Source: Octopus sinensis
Taxonomy: Eukaryota
DNA: 64,000 bases
NCBI RefSeq assembly: GCF_006345805.1
Contig: NC_043000.1
Coordinates: forward strand, 163,680,001 to 163,744,000
Direction of reading: 5' to 3'
Position numbers and translations under genes: made by a program
Part shown: positions 1-12,694 of the stretch, piece after piece
Position numbering within the stretch: the first letter of the stretch is position 1
Layout: the number at the start of each line of letters is the position of its first letter
Notes under the pieces: model-generated
What the model was told of the DNA's origin: nothing
Seen by the model: the letters and a program-made list of their open reading frames with translations, nothing else
The model's database searches: none

Positions 1-11
1 ACATACATACA

Positions 12-47
<36 letters not shown>

Positions 48-133
48 TGTATATAGACATACATATATATGTAAGTATGCATGCATGTATGCATGCATTT
101 ATGTATGTATGTATGTATGTATGTATGTATGTA
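1..133. repeat. (ACAT)n/(ATGT)n microsatellite
   Basis: Direct reading of tandem tetranucleotide units. Confidence 0.95.
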
Positions 134-134
134 T

Positions 135-700
135 CTTTGTATGTTTGTAGCTTGTTGTGAAGGCAATGGACAAAGGCAAAGAGAAAAGACAACACAAGTT
201 GGACAAGTTTTGACAAATGTATTAATTTTAATGCTTAAAAAGAAGGTAAAATAGTCTTAACGTTTCGGATCCTAGTCCTTCATCAGAAGAAAAGTATAGA
301 AAAAAGCAAAGAAATAATTGAGAAACAAAAAATGAGGCAAGTCGAAATGAAGTTCTAACAAGTTGTTAAGAAAGGATAAGGGGTGGATGGGTGTGCGCGT
401 GTAGGAATGTATCAGTGATTTGAGATTAGCAAAATAGGGAAATGCCGGGTGTGTTGTTTTTGATGTATGAAGAGTTGCGCATGTACGGAGCTACTGTAAA
501 GAGATATAGCGAGGATATGAAATGTGTGTGTGTGCGTGTGTAATCGTTAAGTGCGGATGTGAAGAGGTGGGGGCAAAATTGAGTGTGATGCAAAAGCAAA
601 GGGGAGCAGATTGTGAAGGGGTAATGTATGTAGGAGTATGGGCATAAGATATTGAGAGGAGAAACAGAGAAATAATTTGGACCCTCAATGAGAGAAAATA
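135..700 (-). mobile_element. Probable Penelope-like element terminal-repeat remnant
   Basis: Carries a minimal hammerhead motif at 255-290 of the kind typical of Penelope-like termini, in low-complexity purine/pyrimidine-biased flanks. No RT or GIY-YIG coding sequence seen. Confidence 0.35.
255..290 (-). ncRNA. Minimal type I hammerhead ribozyme motif
   Basis: Minus strand reads TCTT-CTGATGA-A-GGA-CTAGGA-TCC-GAAA-CG-TT-AAGA. It has the core CUGAUGA and GAAA, stem I UCUU/AAGA, stem II GGA/UCC, a palindromic AACGUU in place of stem III, and a GUU cleavage triplet. Confidence 0.6.
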
Positions 701-2459
701 AATAGAAATATCACATTGATCAGTTTTTGTCTACTTTTGCCCAAGATCGATGACCAGCATCTAGTAGTTCATTGGGTGACTCTCTATATGGTGACGCAAC
801 CCACCTGAAATAACAATCAAAGCTCACTTAAATCACACACATGTTGCTATAAAAAAGGGATAATGTGGTCCTAGGTACATTATGTCTATAAAGCAAGAAA
901 CAAAATATAAGAAGACGGCACGGTTGGAATAGAAATAACCATGTCTCAGTATGTCAGTTCGATTGGAACCGATCTGAGATTAATGAAATAATAACTACTA
1001 CACGTGAACAGTTTTTGTTTTTTGGTTGTTTTTTTTTTTTGGTTAAATAATATTTTTGCACAGTTCGTAGTCAATCATCAAACCACTGTCCTTGTAGGTA
1101 ATATAAGAAAGCTTTAATAAGCAATTAATTAGCACCACCACCACCACCATCATCGTAGTCATCATCATCATACTTGTCATCATCAACGTCGTTATGAACG
1201 TCATTCGATCATTCTCATCTTCGCCTTCCTTATAATCACATCATCGATATCAACAACGATAACAACTGCAACATCAGCTCCATTATCTTTTGCAATAAAG
1301 TTAGTATCTTCATTTATCAAAATTATCATAATTAACGTGTTCATTATATAATTATATTATTTCCAGATCGTATGGTATTAGGCAATTAAAGTATACAAAT
1401 TGCTTTCTTAATTTGTAAGTTGTAATCTGCATCGCTAGCACTTTCACCAACACCGACGCCAACTTTGCAGCCAGCATTGCTGTCGCCACCATCTTGAACA
1501 TGAGCTGACTGCATGACAGGTCGTCTCTACGTGGTTGTTATTCTTGTTTAGCCGTTGATCTCTCCTTTGTGTGCTGAGAACACAAGAACAAATTAGTAAA
1601 CGTCTCCTTCCTTATGACAGTGGAGCGTGTTTGATGTAAATTTGTCTGCTGGTTCAATCAAGTTATGCAGCCTCACAGTATATCCCTCGTTGGTCTCTGG
1701 TGATGTCATGCTATGCTAGAAATAGCAGTCAAGTCTCTTTTTAGTGCCACGCAATCGCCTTAAGTGGAATAATACTGGTTAAAGTTAACCCTGTTATACA
1801 TTAAAACGAGATAATCACTACTGGAACGCTTATGCTCCATCAGTATTAACCTGGTGCCACCAATTTAAATAAAAACACACGAGGTACTGCCGTGATGGGT
1901 ACCCTATGCCTGGAAAAGATGGGATTGTCATGGCAGGAATGTGCTTTATATACCTATTTTCCTCAAGCTGTGTTTCTTTGTGTAATGTACATCCAGTTGT
2001 CACTCGTGAGCAAAGTAGGACTTGTTAAAAATGTACCATGATTTCACTAATTCTTTTAATGATCTCGGTAATTATAAGCTGACACAGACATCCCTTCTCT
2101 CTCTCATCCTTGGCCTAACAGAAATTCCAGGATGTGACGACTAGAAACAGAGAAAGAGTTGCACAACATCCAGCTGCTACTCATTGAAAATATGTAGACT
2201 GAAAACAAGTAAACAGAAATATTGTGCCTTTGCAAGAACACCTATTACTGGTCCAGTGGTTAAAACCACGTTATGATCATGAGCTAGACACTCTACTCTC
2301 ATTGCTAGGGTTCCAACCTTCACTTGGGTAATGCAATCCTTTCAAAAGTAAATGCTGGGCAAAATAATGTGCGGTAATTAGTCAAGTCTCGTTACATTCT
2401 GCGGGGATAAATTTGATTTGATAATGGTGGATGGCAGAATGTGTGACGTACAATCATAA

Positions 2460-3400
2460 TAATGTCTCACTACTTTCAACAACTATCTTTAGAATTATAC
2501 CATGCAGAGCTTTCTGTTACTAGTCAGATATTTTTGTTTCTGTGTTCTGTTTTTTTTCTTTCTTTTTTAGCTAGTTTTTGTTTCAGCTCTTCCATGACTG
2601 TCTCAAATCCTTTCTCTTTGACTATTTATTTTTCTTCAAGAGAAGATTTAAATCTTGTGTTTCCTAACTTGTCCTGTTTCCAGGTTCCTAATCTACTCAG
2701 ATCTTGTCATGAAGTCTTCAATTTATTTTCTATTCTCGTTTTCTACATCTGCTTCATCCGATTCTTTCCATGTGGAATACCTGGTATGCTAGTAACTAAT
2801 ACCCCGCTTACATAGATCAATAAGTTAGTATAATATTTCTAGGATCAATCCCATTGCTAACAGAATCTACATTCGCTGAAATATAAAGCAACTTCTTTCT
2901 ACTGACACCGTTCAATGCTAATTAATTAATTACTTCCTTTCAACTCATCTAAAATCCTAATCTTCCTCACTTAAGTCACTGGTGTCAATGTTTTCTTCCT
3001 GATTGGCAGGGCTATCATTTTTTCTCGTAGACTTCTTTGGCTTGAATTATATCACTTATGCAATTCGCTTCATCATGGTTCTATTTCTTGGTCATTCTTG
3101 CGATATCTACTACTTCCAATTCACTCATCTACTAAATTCTCTTAGTACTCTTAGCCTGACCCGCTGATCTTTGCTCTGTTACGCCAAACATTCTTTTTCT
3201 GTAATCTCTTACTTTGGGCTCATTACCCAAGTAGCACTGCATCACTACCCGGTTCTCTTCATTTGTCTATTTCCTCTTCATTACTCTATTATCTACTGAT
3301 GCCGACTTAGAAATCGACAGAGGTTAGTCTGCATCTGTTTTGAACAACTGCTGAGAGAGAGGGTGTCCCTTAAGGTCCAGCGTCCTTTACGCTCTTATCA
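2460..3400 (-). mobile_element. Degenerate R4/Dong-like LINE fragment (region N-terminal to RT)
   Basis: Minus-strand translation includes IENKLKT..QDLSRL..WKQDKLG and VKEKGFETVMEELKQK, resembling the LKQDILAKAQRIRRY region at 39560-39650. Many stops and frameshifts. Confidence 0.45.
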
Positions 3401-3727
3401 CTAGAGTTTCTATGGAAAGTCATGTCTCTCATAAACTGAGGAAACATGCGTTTCTATTGCATGTATATATATAAGGTATTGTTAAAAACCTGATGCCAAT
3501 TGGATTTAACCAAATATATTGATAGGAAGATCATCAATATATATGTGTATAAACAGTTATTTCTCATGATTCAAGACTAAAATACACTTATTTTTCGAGG
3601 AGAGATCTAAGAATATACAGATTATTGCATCTTCCTATCGATATATTTGGTTAAACCCAGTTGGCATCAGGATTGTTTTTAACAATCCCTTACGTGGATA
3701 TTAGTTCCTGAAATTCTGAATGAGTAT

Positions 3728-3729
<2 letters not shown>

Positions 3730-3793
<64 letters not shown>
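3730..3793. repeat. (GT)n microsatellite
   Basis: Direct reading. Confidence 0.95.
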
Positions 3794-3797
<4 letters not shown>

Positions 3798-3974
3798 ATA
3801 TGTGTTGGGCCGCTTCGCTCGTAGGCGCCCATATTTTTATTCAACCAGGGCCTGATCTCTCAGTAAATCACAGTTCTGAATTCTCTTTATTTGTTATTTT
3901 GTTAATAGATTTATTTCTCAATGTAGCTATTTTATGTATATATATTTTAGATATAATTGTGAGATTAATTCTTT

Positions 3975-4945
3975 ATCATCATCATTATCATTGCTATTTT
4001 TATGAAACTTCTCAGCTTATTTTGCTGAGTATGATGGAAATTGATAGCTGCCCACAACCAGCAAACTAAGGGGAAACTTGTTTACTGAGCATGCTTCAAG
4101 AACCCTGCGGAGAACCCTTGCAATTCTAGACAATGTTGATTTTTGTAGGTGTTCTATCTTTACATTTGTACTAATCTTTGTCAGTTATGTTGGTAATTGG
4201 TATCATGTCCACTCTGTTTACACACTACCTGCGTATTTCCCAGTCCAATTCATCATGGTTGTTCACTTTTTCTTCCTCTTTCTCCACGATCCTACTGTCA
4301 CCCGGTCATGGTACGTTGATTATCAGGCATGTTTTATCTTTTCTGTTCATCACAATAATGTCAGGTTTCCGATGTCTAATCTGATGGTCACACTGAATCA
4401 ATGCATCCCAGAAGATTTTGCAATTTTCATCCTCAGCAACTCCCTCTGATCTTGCTTTGATCCTTCTAGGCCATAATTTCCACAGATCAACCAATGGATC
4501 ATTCTTGCCACATTATCATGTCGTCTTTTGTATTCGCGTTGAGCCAATTTCGGGTATTCTCTAACATTGTGCCATACTGTTCCACCCCTCTCACCACACA
4601 CTCAGCATTTGTGAATCTGAATTATGTTATTATTTCTGCGCTTAACATAGTTTGTCCTCATTGCCTGTTTTTGTCTCGACAGGTCACTCCTCCACATCGA
4701 TAACCAGCGGCCTTCTATATCTGTCTTGGAGCTCGTATCTCTTGCAAACTGACAGTAAAGATTTTTCTCTCTCTCTCTCTCCATGCCTTTTCTCTTTTGT
4801 ATTCTTTTTCTCTTTAAATTTCTCTTTCTTAACACAATTATCAATTTTGATGATACCGGTCTTCTTCAATGGTTCCATCGCATGTTTTACATCCCACCCT
4901 CGGTTGTTTTCCTCTGCTTCAACACAATCCTGACAACTGATCAAC
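3975..4945 (-). mobile_element. 5'-truncated R4/Dong-like LINE (CCHC zinc finger plus restriction-like endonuclease)
   Basis: ORF fragments EYPKLAQREYKRRHDNVARMIHW and KIFWDALIQCDHQIRHRKPDIIVMNRKDKTCLIINV match the RHD motif and PD-(D/E)xK endonuclease of RLE LINEs. The 5' break abuts the (ATT)n tract at 4947. Confidence 0.85.
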
Positions 4946-4946
4946 A

Positions 4947-4987
<41 letters not shown>

Positions 4988-5052
4988 TATTATTATTATT
5001 ATTATCATTGTTGTTGTTATTATTGTTGTTGTTGTTATTATTATTATTATTG

Positions 5053-5088
<36 letters not shown>

Positions 5089-5090
5089 TA
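4947..5090. repeat. (ATT)n/(GTT)n microsatellite
   Basis: Direct reading. Confidence 0.95.
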
Positions 5091-5092
5091 AA

Positions 5093-5321
5093 AGACAGCG
5101 AGCTGGCAGAATTGTTAGCACGCCGGGGAAAATTTTTAGTGACATTTCATCCATTTTTACGTTCTAAGTTCAAATAACATCGAGGATGACTTTGCCTTTC
5201 ATCCTTTTTGAAGTCGATAAATGAAGTACCAGTGAGAAACACTGGGGTCGATGTACTCGACTAGTTTCCTCACCCCATATTCCAGGCCTTGTGCCTTTAG
5301 TAGAGAGGATTGCAATTATTA

Positions 5322-5385
<64 letters not shown>
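5093..5385 (+). mobile_element. tRNA-derived SINE (family A, tail type A) with (ATT)n tail
   Basis: Head GAGCTGGCAGAATTGTTAGCAC (A-box-like) and GTTCAAAT (B-box-like), body GCCTTTCATCCTTT..GTCGATAAA..AGTACCAG, tail AGGCCTTGTGCCT..AGTAGAGAGG then (ATT)n. About 20 copies in the window. Confidence 0.85.
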
Positions 5386-5544
5386 TAGCATTCGCCTTTG
5401 TAATACTCCCTTCATCCGTCAGCGTGATGGTAAAAAAAGAAATGATTATTTTATAAAACTCTTTTCTTCATAACAATGATAATTTGTTTCTTTAATATTA
5501 ACGTGAAAGATGAAAAATATAAATAAACAATAATCATGCAGATA

Positions 5545-5627
5545 CACGTGATGATGATGATGATGATGATGACGATGACGACGACGACAATGACGCTGTT
5601 AAATGATGATAATACTGATGATGATGC

Positions 5628-5682
<55 letters not shown>

Positions 5683-5730
5683 GATGATGAAGAGGGGGAG
5701 GAGGATAATGATGATAATGATGATGATGAT
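5545..5730. repeat. (GAT)n microsatellite
   Basis: Direct reading; it explains the poly-Asp ORF at 5536-5793. Confidence 0.95.
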
Positions 5731-6588
5731 AAAAATAATAAAAACCAAATATATAGATTTATAATTAGAAACGACAGTTATTTTAGCTACTAAGCTAAAT
5801 TATGGTGATTATATAAAAAGAGAAACAAAACTAGCATTATCTTGAAGCGGGTATTGCAAAAACAAACAAGTAATAAAGAAAAACGGAAAATATAGCAAAA
5901 CAAAAGAAACAAAACCAGTGAAGACAGACGACCAAGATTCAAACACGTGACGTGCATTACATTATTTTTTTGCCTTTAGAAAATATCCAAATTAAAGTAT
6001 AATTGATAATGATAATGATGATGATGGTAGTGGTGGTGGTGGTGGTGGTAGCGAAGGAGGAAAAGTGATGATGGTATTGGTGGCGATGGTGGTGAGAATG
6101 ATCGGTGTGGACAATAATAGCAGTCGCGTGTAAGCGTGTGTATGAAGGAGAGCGTAAGGGTATGAGCGGTGGAGCAATGCAAATGGGTTTTATCGTTATA
6201 TGTGTGTTATGTGTTTGCGCATGCGCGCATTCACACGCGCGCGCACACGCACACTCACACAAACACAAACACAGACATGCACGGACATATGAAACATCAG
6301 TTTATTATAAAAGAAACCATATAACAAAAAAGATAGCTGTTTTACATGCTGCTAGCAATTACACACGCATGGAAACACACACACACGCACATATACGCAC
6401 ACACACACGCACGCACACACAGAAATACACAACAGATGCACACGCAGAAAAAAGAACATTCGCATCTACACACACGTCTATTTACGTGTACCAATTTGTT
6501 TGTGCACGTGAGATTGAATTTGTACGTGAGCTGGTATAGGTATATATGTATGTGTGCATATATATCTATATATATTTATTTATATCTC

Positions 6589-6653
<65 letters not shown>

Positions 6654-6692
6654 GCATACATATATATATATTTAAAATACTAAATAATATCA

Positions 6693-6742
<50 letters not shown>

Positions 6743-6772
6743 ATGTATGTATGTATGTATGTATGTATATGG

Positions 6773-7030
6773 ATACAGGACGTCACCAACGTTACAAATA
6801 ATATGAAATACGTAAACAACCTAGGGAAAAATGAGTGGAATATGTAAATAACGAGAAACACTGGAAAGAAGGGCAAGTTAACACAAAGAAAAGTCTCTTC
6901 TTCAGTTGTCAGCTGTGTGTCTACTCCTCATTTCGAGCATTCAGCGACAATATGATTCTTCAAAGACAGTTGCTCCCATAAATTCTAAAATAACATTTAG
7001 GATTTATGGAGGGTCAAAGTTGGGCGGGGA
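6773..7030. repeat. Dispersed repeat family X, copy 1 (possibly Penelope-related)
   Basis: CAGGACGTCACCAAC...CTTC(G/T)TCAGTTGTC.GCTG..TCTACTCCTCATTTCGAGCATT recurs at 32968-33135 and 46220-46510. Confidence 0.65.
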
Positions 7031-7987
7031 AACAATTACAGGAAGCCGAACGAAAAAAAACACGGAGGATCAGTAGACCAGACCGAGAGGGAAATAGTGA
7101 ACGATGGGAGAAACATATTTTGAAAAGAGAAAACATAGAAGAGAGAGAAAGAGAGAAAAACACGTCCGTTCGTTTAAACGATTGTGCAGGAAAAGAAAGA
7201 TGGTCACGTGAGGAAAAGAAAGATGGACGATGGTCACATGTGAGCAACGAGAGAGCGAGAAAGAGAGAAAAGAGAAAGAGGGGAGGGAGAGGGACAGATA
7301 GAAAACGGTGAAGGGGGGGAGGAGGAAAAGGGAATTACAGAAGGATATAACCCAATGAAAAGAAGATAAGGAAAATTATTTCTTTAATTATAAGTTACAT
7401 TTGTTTCTGTACCATCTCGTTGGATTATTTACTCTTCGGGAAACCGATTTAACAGTGTAGTCGTCGTGATTTTCTACACCTGAAGAATTCCAGCTTTCGC
7501 CTGGAACCCGACAGTTGATAGCCCATTATTCGGGTCGAGTGCTTCCCTGGAAATATTCCAGCTTCACACCCCACCTGACCATAGCCTTTTAGTTTTATAT
7601 TTATATATATAATATATATATATACAAATTGAGATAGGGGTTGTAAATGCAACCCTCCATGGGATAACATATATCCAATATACTCCTAGTGAAGTACCCA
7701 ACAAAGTTAATACATAAATGTTAATGATTGCGATGCAATCAATTCATTTACTGTATTATATGGGTAACGGTAAAATGATTTACCACAAGTTACTAATACA
7801 ACTTATTATACAACATTACTCTTTTATGTACACTTTTTTATGTACATTCCTTTATGTACACTGATTTGTTCTGCTTTTTATATTTAACCCTACAGTCTCT
7901 TATGTGGTGGTTTGATAAAGTATGTGATTGAGTATTATCTGGTAATTGATATTTGATTTAGATATATTTCTCCATTTTCTTATCTTG

Positions 7988-8025
<38 letters not shown>

Positions 8026-8194
8026 ATATATATGCACGTAACTGGCAAAAAGCGAGAATGAATACTTGGCACTACATTGAAGGATAAACTTTCTTTATTT
8101 GTGTATTAAGACAACCATTAGTTCCATGTTAAGAAAAATATTTTAATATCTTGACCATTTTCAAGCCAATCAGTTGGAGGAATGACGTTCGTCT

Positions 8195-8249
<55 letters not shown>

Positions 8250-8251
8250 CA

Positions 8252-9013
8252 TATAACTGATGTAGGATAAAATTGTTTTCGGGAAAAAAATTTTATCAAA
8301 GGCCAGCATATCAAAAAATACCTTTAAAGGTCAAATTTACAAATAATTTACAAAATAGGGGCAAAAGAAAAATTCCATTGCCAAATATGCCGAAAACAAG
8401 ACAAAATTGTCAATAACCATTATAATTTATGCGTCTCGAAACAAACCGATAGAAATTTCTAAAAATCCGTTATTACCGTATTGGTCCCAATTTCGGGGTT
8501 AATTCATAAGAATTTTCCCCTCTTCAGCGATAAATACGTGAGATATAAGTAAAATACTTACTCAAACCCATGGAAAAAGCAAGCATGGCCATTGATAAAA
8601 TTTTCTTCCCGAAAAAAATTTTGTCCTACATTAGTTATAAATTAAATAGTGTTCACTTCCGGATTCTCTCACTCTGTGAAAGTTTCTAGTTCGAATCACA
8701 CGTGTCTCGAGATGTGCCGAAGATTTTCTATTTTGGATATATTTGGGGTACTTAGGTCTGCTCAGGACTTGGTGCTTGCTTTTTCCATGGGTATGAGTAA
8801 GTAGTTCACTTATATCTCACGTATTTATCGCTGAAGAGGGTAAAATTCTTATGAATTAACCCCGAAATTGGGACCAATACGGTAATAACGGATTTTTTAG
8901 AAATTTCTATCGGTTTGTTTCGAGACGCATAAATTATAATGGTTATTGACAATTTTGTCTTGTTTTCGGCATATTTGGCAATAAAATTTTTCTTTTGCCC
9001 TTATTTTGTAAAT

Positions 9014-9016
<3 letters not shown>
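8252..9016. mobile_element. Foldback/MITE-like element with two interleaved inverted-repeat pairs
   Basis: 8252-8309 is the reverse complement of 8583-8639, and 8343-8585 is the reverse complement of 8773-9016, with few mismatches. Both ends abut (TA)n. Confidence 0.8.
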
Positions 9017-9095
<79 letters not shown>

Positions 9096-9464
9096 ATCAA
9101 AATAAGGAACAAGGTAACGCAGTACGATTGTTTCATGCGACTCCATTTAATTGAACAATGCAAAAATTACATCAATTTAAAATGTAGAACAAACTTCAGC
9201 TGCACAAAAATATAGAATTTGATTAAATTTGAAGGACTCATTAGTATAACTTTATCCAAAATCTCCAAGAGGATAAGGAGAAAAACAAAGAGCATGTTTT
9301 ACCAACAATTTTGTTTCGGCCTAGTGAGACTAATAACCTGGTGTCGGACTCAATATACGTATGGTCCAGACTACATATGTAATGAATTTCATCAACTTAC
9401 AGAGAGAACTGTGAGCGAATGAACTTCATTATATAACATGTTTTTTCCAGTGTCATCTCTGCGC

Positions 9465-9529
<65 letters not shown>

Positions 9530-9589
9530 GTGTGTGTGTGTGTGTGTGTGTGTTGTGTGTGTGTGTATGTGTGTGTGTTCGTGCGTGCC

Positions 9590-9790
9590 TGAGTTACTTA
9601 GTGACCGTAAAATGTGGTTTCGATTCCTAGGACTAACAATTCATCGTATTCTTGAGCAAAGCACTTCGTTTCATTCACCTTGCAAAAATGAGTCAGCATA
9701 CGACCCGTCAAGAGAAGCAAGGTGGGGAGAGATATGCGCCTCCGAATCTGGAAGACTGACCTTAGGACGCTATGGTTCGGGAAGGAGTTT
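9590..9790 (+). mobile_element. Degenerate tRNA/CORE-like SINE fragment
   Basis: GGTTTCGATTCCT (B-box-like) followed by GTATTCTTGAGCAAAGCACTT, similar to the SINEs at 31510-31741 and 54276-54592. Confidence 0.35.
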
Positions 9791-9805
9791 CGATTGTTTT
9801 CATAT

Positions 9806-9925
9806 GAGAAATATACGTAATAATATCATAATTAACTGATCCTCTTGTAATTTCTTTTACTCAATTCCAGAAAAAAGAAATTACAAGAGGATCAGTTAAT
9901 TATGATTTCGTTCAGTATATTTCTC
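9806..9925. other. 120-nt palindromic hairpin
   Basis: Perfect 34-bp stem (9825-9858 with 9873-9906), 14-nt loop, symmetric 8x8 internal loop and a further perfect 11-bp basal stem (9806-9816 with 9915-9925). Confidence 0.9.
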
Positions 9926-10039
9926 TCTCAGATTCACTCACTTACTGCAGCAGTCCTTCAGTTTTTCTAAGCCCTGTACGAGAACTCACAATGTTGGGAC
10001 TCCAACCAAGCCTTTAGCAACACCGTTAAAGCCCAAAAC

Positions 10040-10222
10040 TTTTCAGCACACCCTCGTATATATATATCCACGTTGCTTAAAGTCGAACGAAAGAGAAAGG
10101 AGTGCTCAATACAATCGAATTTCACGCCATTGTGATTCTTGAGTGAAATCTGTAACTTTTAGCCCACAACTAGGTCTTTTGCAATACCTTTAAAGCCATG
10201 AACTTTTCAACACCCCGTCATG
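10040..10222. mobile_element. Mariner-like terminal inverted repeat remnants
   Basis: AACTTTTCAGCACACCCTCGTA and AACTTTTCAACACCCCGTCA resemble the reverse complement of mariner TIRs (TACGAGGG.GTG.TGAAAAGTT). No transposase recognised. Confidence 0.35.
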
Positions 10223-10235
10223 TATATATATATAT

Positions 10236-10284
<49 letters not shown>

Positions 10285-10298
10285 TATGCATATAGTAT

Positions 10299-10630
10299 GT
10301 TAGTTAGTTAGTTAGTTAATTTGGCTCAAAAGCAAATAGCAAGGCCATGTAGGGGGACATGGAGTTAAGTACAGGGTGGTGTTCATGTAAAGAGTTCAGG
10401 CCACTTGAGGTCCAGGGAGGCTTTGAACAAAGCGGTCGTCGGCATCTTCACCATCTCGTCTGGCAGCTTGTTCCACGGATCCGCAACCCGGACGGAGAAA
10501 GCTCCTCTCCTTCGATTGAGATGAAATCGTCGCAGGTAGAGCTTTTCGGAATGACCCCGCAGCCGACGCTCCGGAGCAGGAGTGAAGAACAGCTCTTTCG
10601 AGAGGTTACACTTCCCGCTTATGATGTTGT
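10299..10630 (-). mobile_element. CR1-clade LINE 3' end with (CTAA)n tail
   Basis: Uninterrupted minus-strand reading SGKCNLSKELFFTPAPERRLRGHSEKLYLRRFHLNRRRGAFSVRVADPWNKLPDEMVKMPTTALFKASLDLKWPELFT* matches the CR1 C-terminal RGH..KL / FS.RV...WN.LP / FK..LD motifs. A short 3' UTR precedes (CTAA)4-5. Confidence 0.85.
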
Positions 10631-10855
10631 GTATAGTATATATACTATACGTCTATATAAACACGCACTCACATATTTATGCACTCAAATGTTTTAAGAA
10701 TGCATAAATACGCGTGAGCACACACACACACACACACACATGCAAATACGACATTGCAGATATGTTGCATAAAGCTTTAATTAGTTGATGCACCTGAAGA
10801 CAAGCCATTACAACATTTTTTTTGTTTTTAAATTTGACCCTTCATTAGAAAAGAA

Positions 10856-11066
10856 ATATTCTTTTCTACTCTAGCCACAAGGCCCGAAATGTTGGGGGAG
10901 GGAGCCAGTTGATTAGATCGACCCAGTACGCAACCGGTACTTTATTTATCGACCCCCGAAAAGCCGAAAGGTAAAGTCGACCTCGGCGGAATTTGAAATC
11001 AGAACATAAAGACAGACGAAATAACGCTAAGCGTTTCGCCTGGCGCGTGCTAACGTTTCTGCCTTA
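10856..11066 (-). mobile_element. SINE family A copy
   Basis: Reverse complement of the 5093-5311 element. Confidence 0.85.
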
Positions 11067-11630
11067 TAAGAAAAGAAATGTTATTAGAAATATGGAAGAA
11101 AGGCAAAGGAAACGAAAATGCCAGAGCTTAGCAGAGGCAGCAACGCTAATAGGTATGAATATTTGCATAAACATATGCAACTTTTCATATACACAGTCAC
11201 GAATACGCACTTATATAGATACACATATACGTGTAGGCGTTGAGAGATAGACACATACATCTATATGTATACATATACATGCACACTCACGCACACACAC
11301 TCTCTCTCTCACACACACACACGCACACACACACACACATACACATATATATATATATTTATATATATATATATATGTTTTTGTAGTTTATTCATAATTA
11401 TTCAAGAGAAGACAGTTTCATCATGGTTACAGTGTAGTAAGAAATTATATTTCTAATTGTTAGGTAGAATAGTTGGGTGTGTTATTGCTTCGTCTTAAAC
11501 CAGCATTTCAGTTACAAAATTGTCATCTTGTGTACGCAGTTCGCAGATTATGAATATATATATTTATATATATATATATATAATGTTTGTATGTATGTGT
11601 ATGTATGTGTGTATCTATATATCTATCTAC

Positions 11631-11699
<69 letters not shown>

Positions 11700-11813
11700 T
11701 TATATACGTTTGTATACAGATACAGAGAGAACGCGAGTCTGTTAGTGAGAGCCCTGTAATCACACACATGTGTGCATAAGCGTGCGCATGGCTGTGTGTG
11801 ACCTTATACATAC

Positions 11814-11845
<32 letters not shown>

Positions 11846-11879
11846 TATGTATGTATATATATATATGTGTATGTGTGTG

Positions 11880-11915
<36 letters not shown>

Positions 11916-11931
11916 TGTATGCATATAGTAT

Positions 11932-12260
11932 GTTAGTTAGTTAGTTAGTTAATTTGGCTCAAAAGCAAATAGCAAGGCCATGTAGGGGGACATGGAGTTA
12001 AGTACAGGGTGGTGTTCATGTAAAGAGTTCAGGCCACTGAGGTCCAGGGAGGCTTGAACAAAGCGGTCGTCGGCATCTTCACCATCTCGTCTGGCAGCTT
12101 GTTCCACGATCCGCAACCCGGACGGAGAAAGCTCCTCTCCTTCGATTGAGATGAAATCGTCGCAGGTAGAGCTTTTCGGAATGACCCCGCAGCCGACGCT
12201 CCGGAGCAGGAGTGAAGAACAGCTCTTTCGAGAGGTTACACTTCCCGCTTATGATGTTGT
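11932..12260 (-). mobile_element. CR1 3' end, duplicated copy
   Basis: Same sequence as 10299-10630 with several 1-nt deletions. Confidence 0.85.
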
Positions 12261-12485
12261 GTATAGTATATATACTATACGTCTATATAAACACGCACTC
12301 ACATATTTATGCACTCAAATGTTTGTAAGAATGCATAAATACGCGTGAGCACACACACACACACACACACATGCAAATACGACATTGCAGATATGTTGCA
12401 TAAAGCTTTAATTAGTTGATGCACCTGAAGACAAGCCATTACAACATTTTTTTTGTTTTTAAATTTGACCCTTCATTAGAAAAGA

Positions 12486-12694
12486 AATATTCTTTTCTAC
12501 TCTAGCCACAAGGCCCGAAATGTTGGGGGAGGGAGCCAGTTGATTAGATCGACCCAGTACGCAACCGGTACTTTATTTATCGACCCCCGAAAAGCCGAAA
12601 GGTAAAGTCGACCTCGGCGGAATTTGAAATCAGAACATAGACAGACGAAATAACGCTAAGCGTTTCGCCTGCGCGTGCTAACGTTTCTGCCTTA
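12486..12694 (-). mobile_element. SINE family A, duplicated copy
   Basis: Same sequence as 10856-11066. Confidence 0.85.

Noticed and set aside
5536-5793. Acidic poly-Asp ORF
   Set aside because: Pure (GAT)n tract with no flanking coding evidence.
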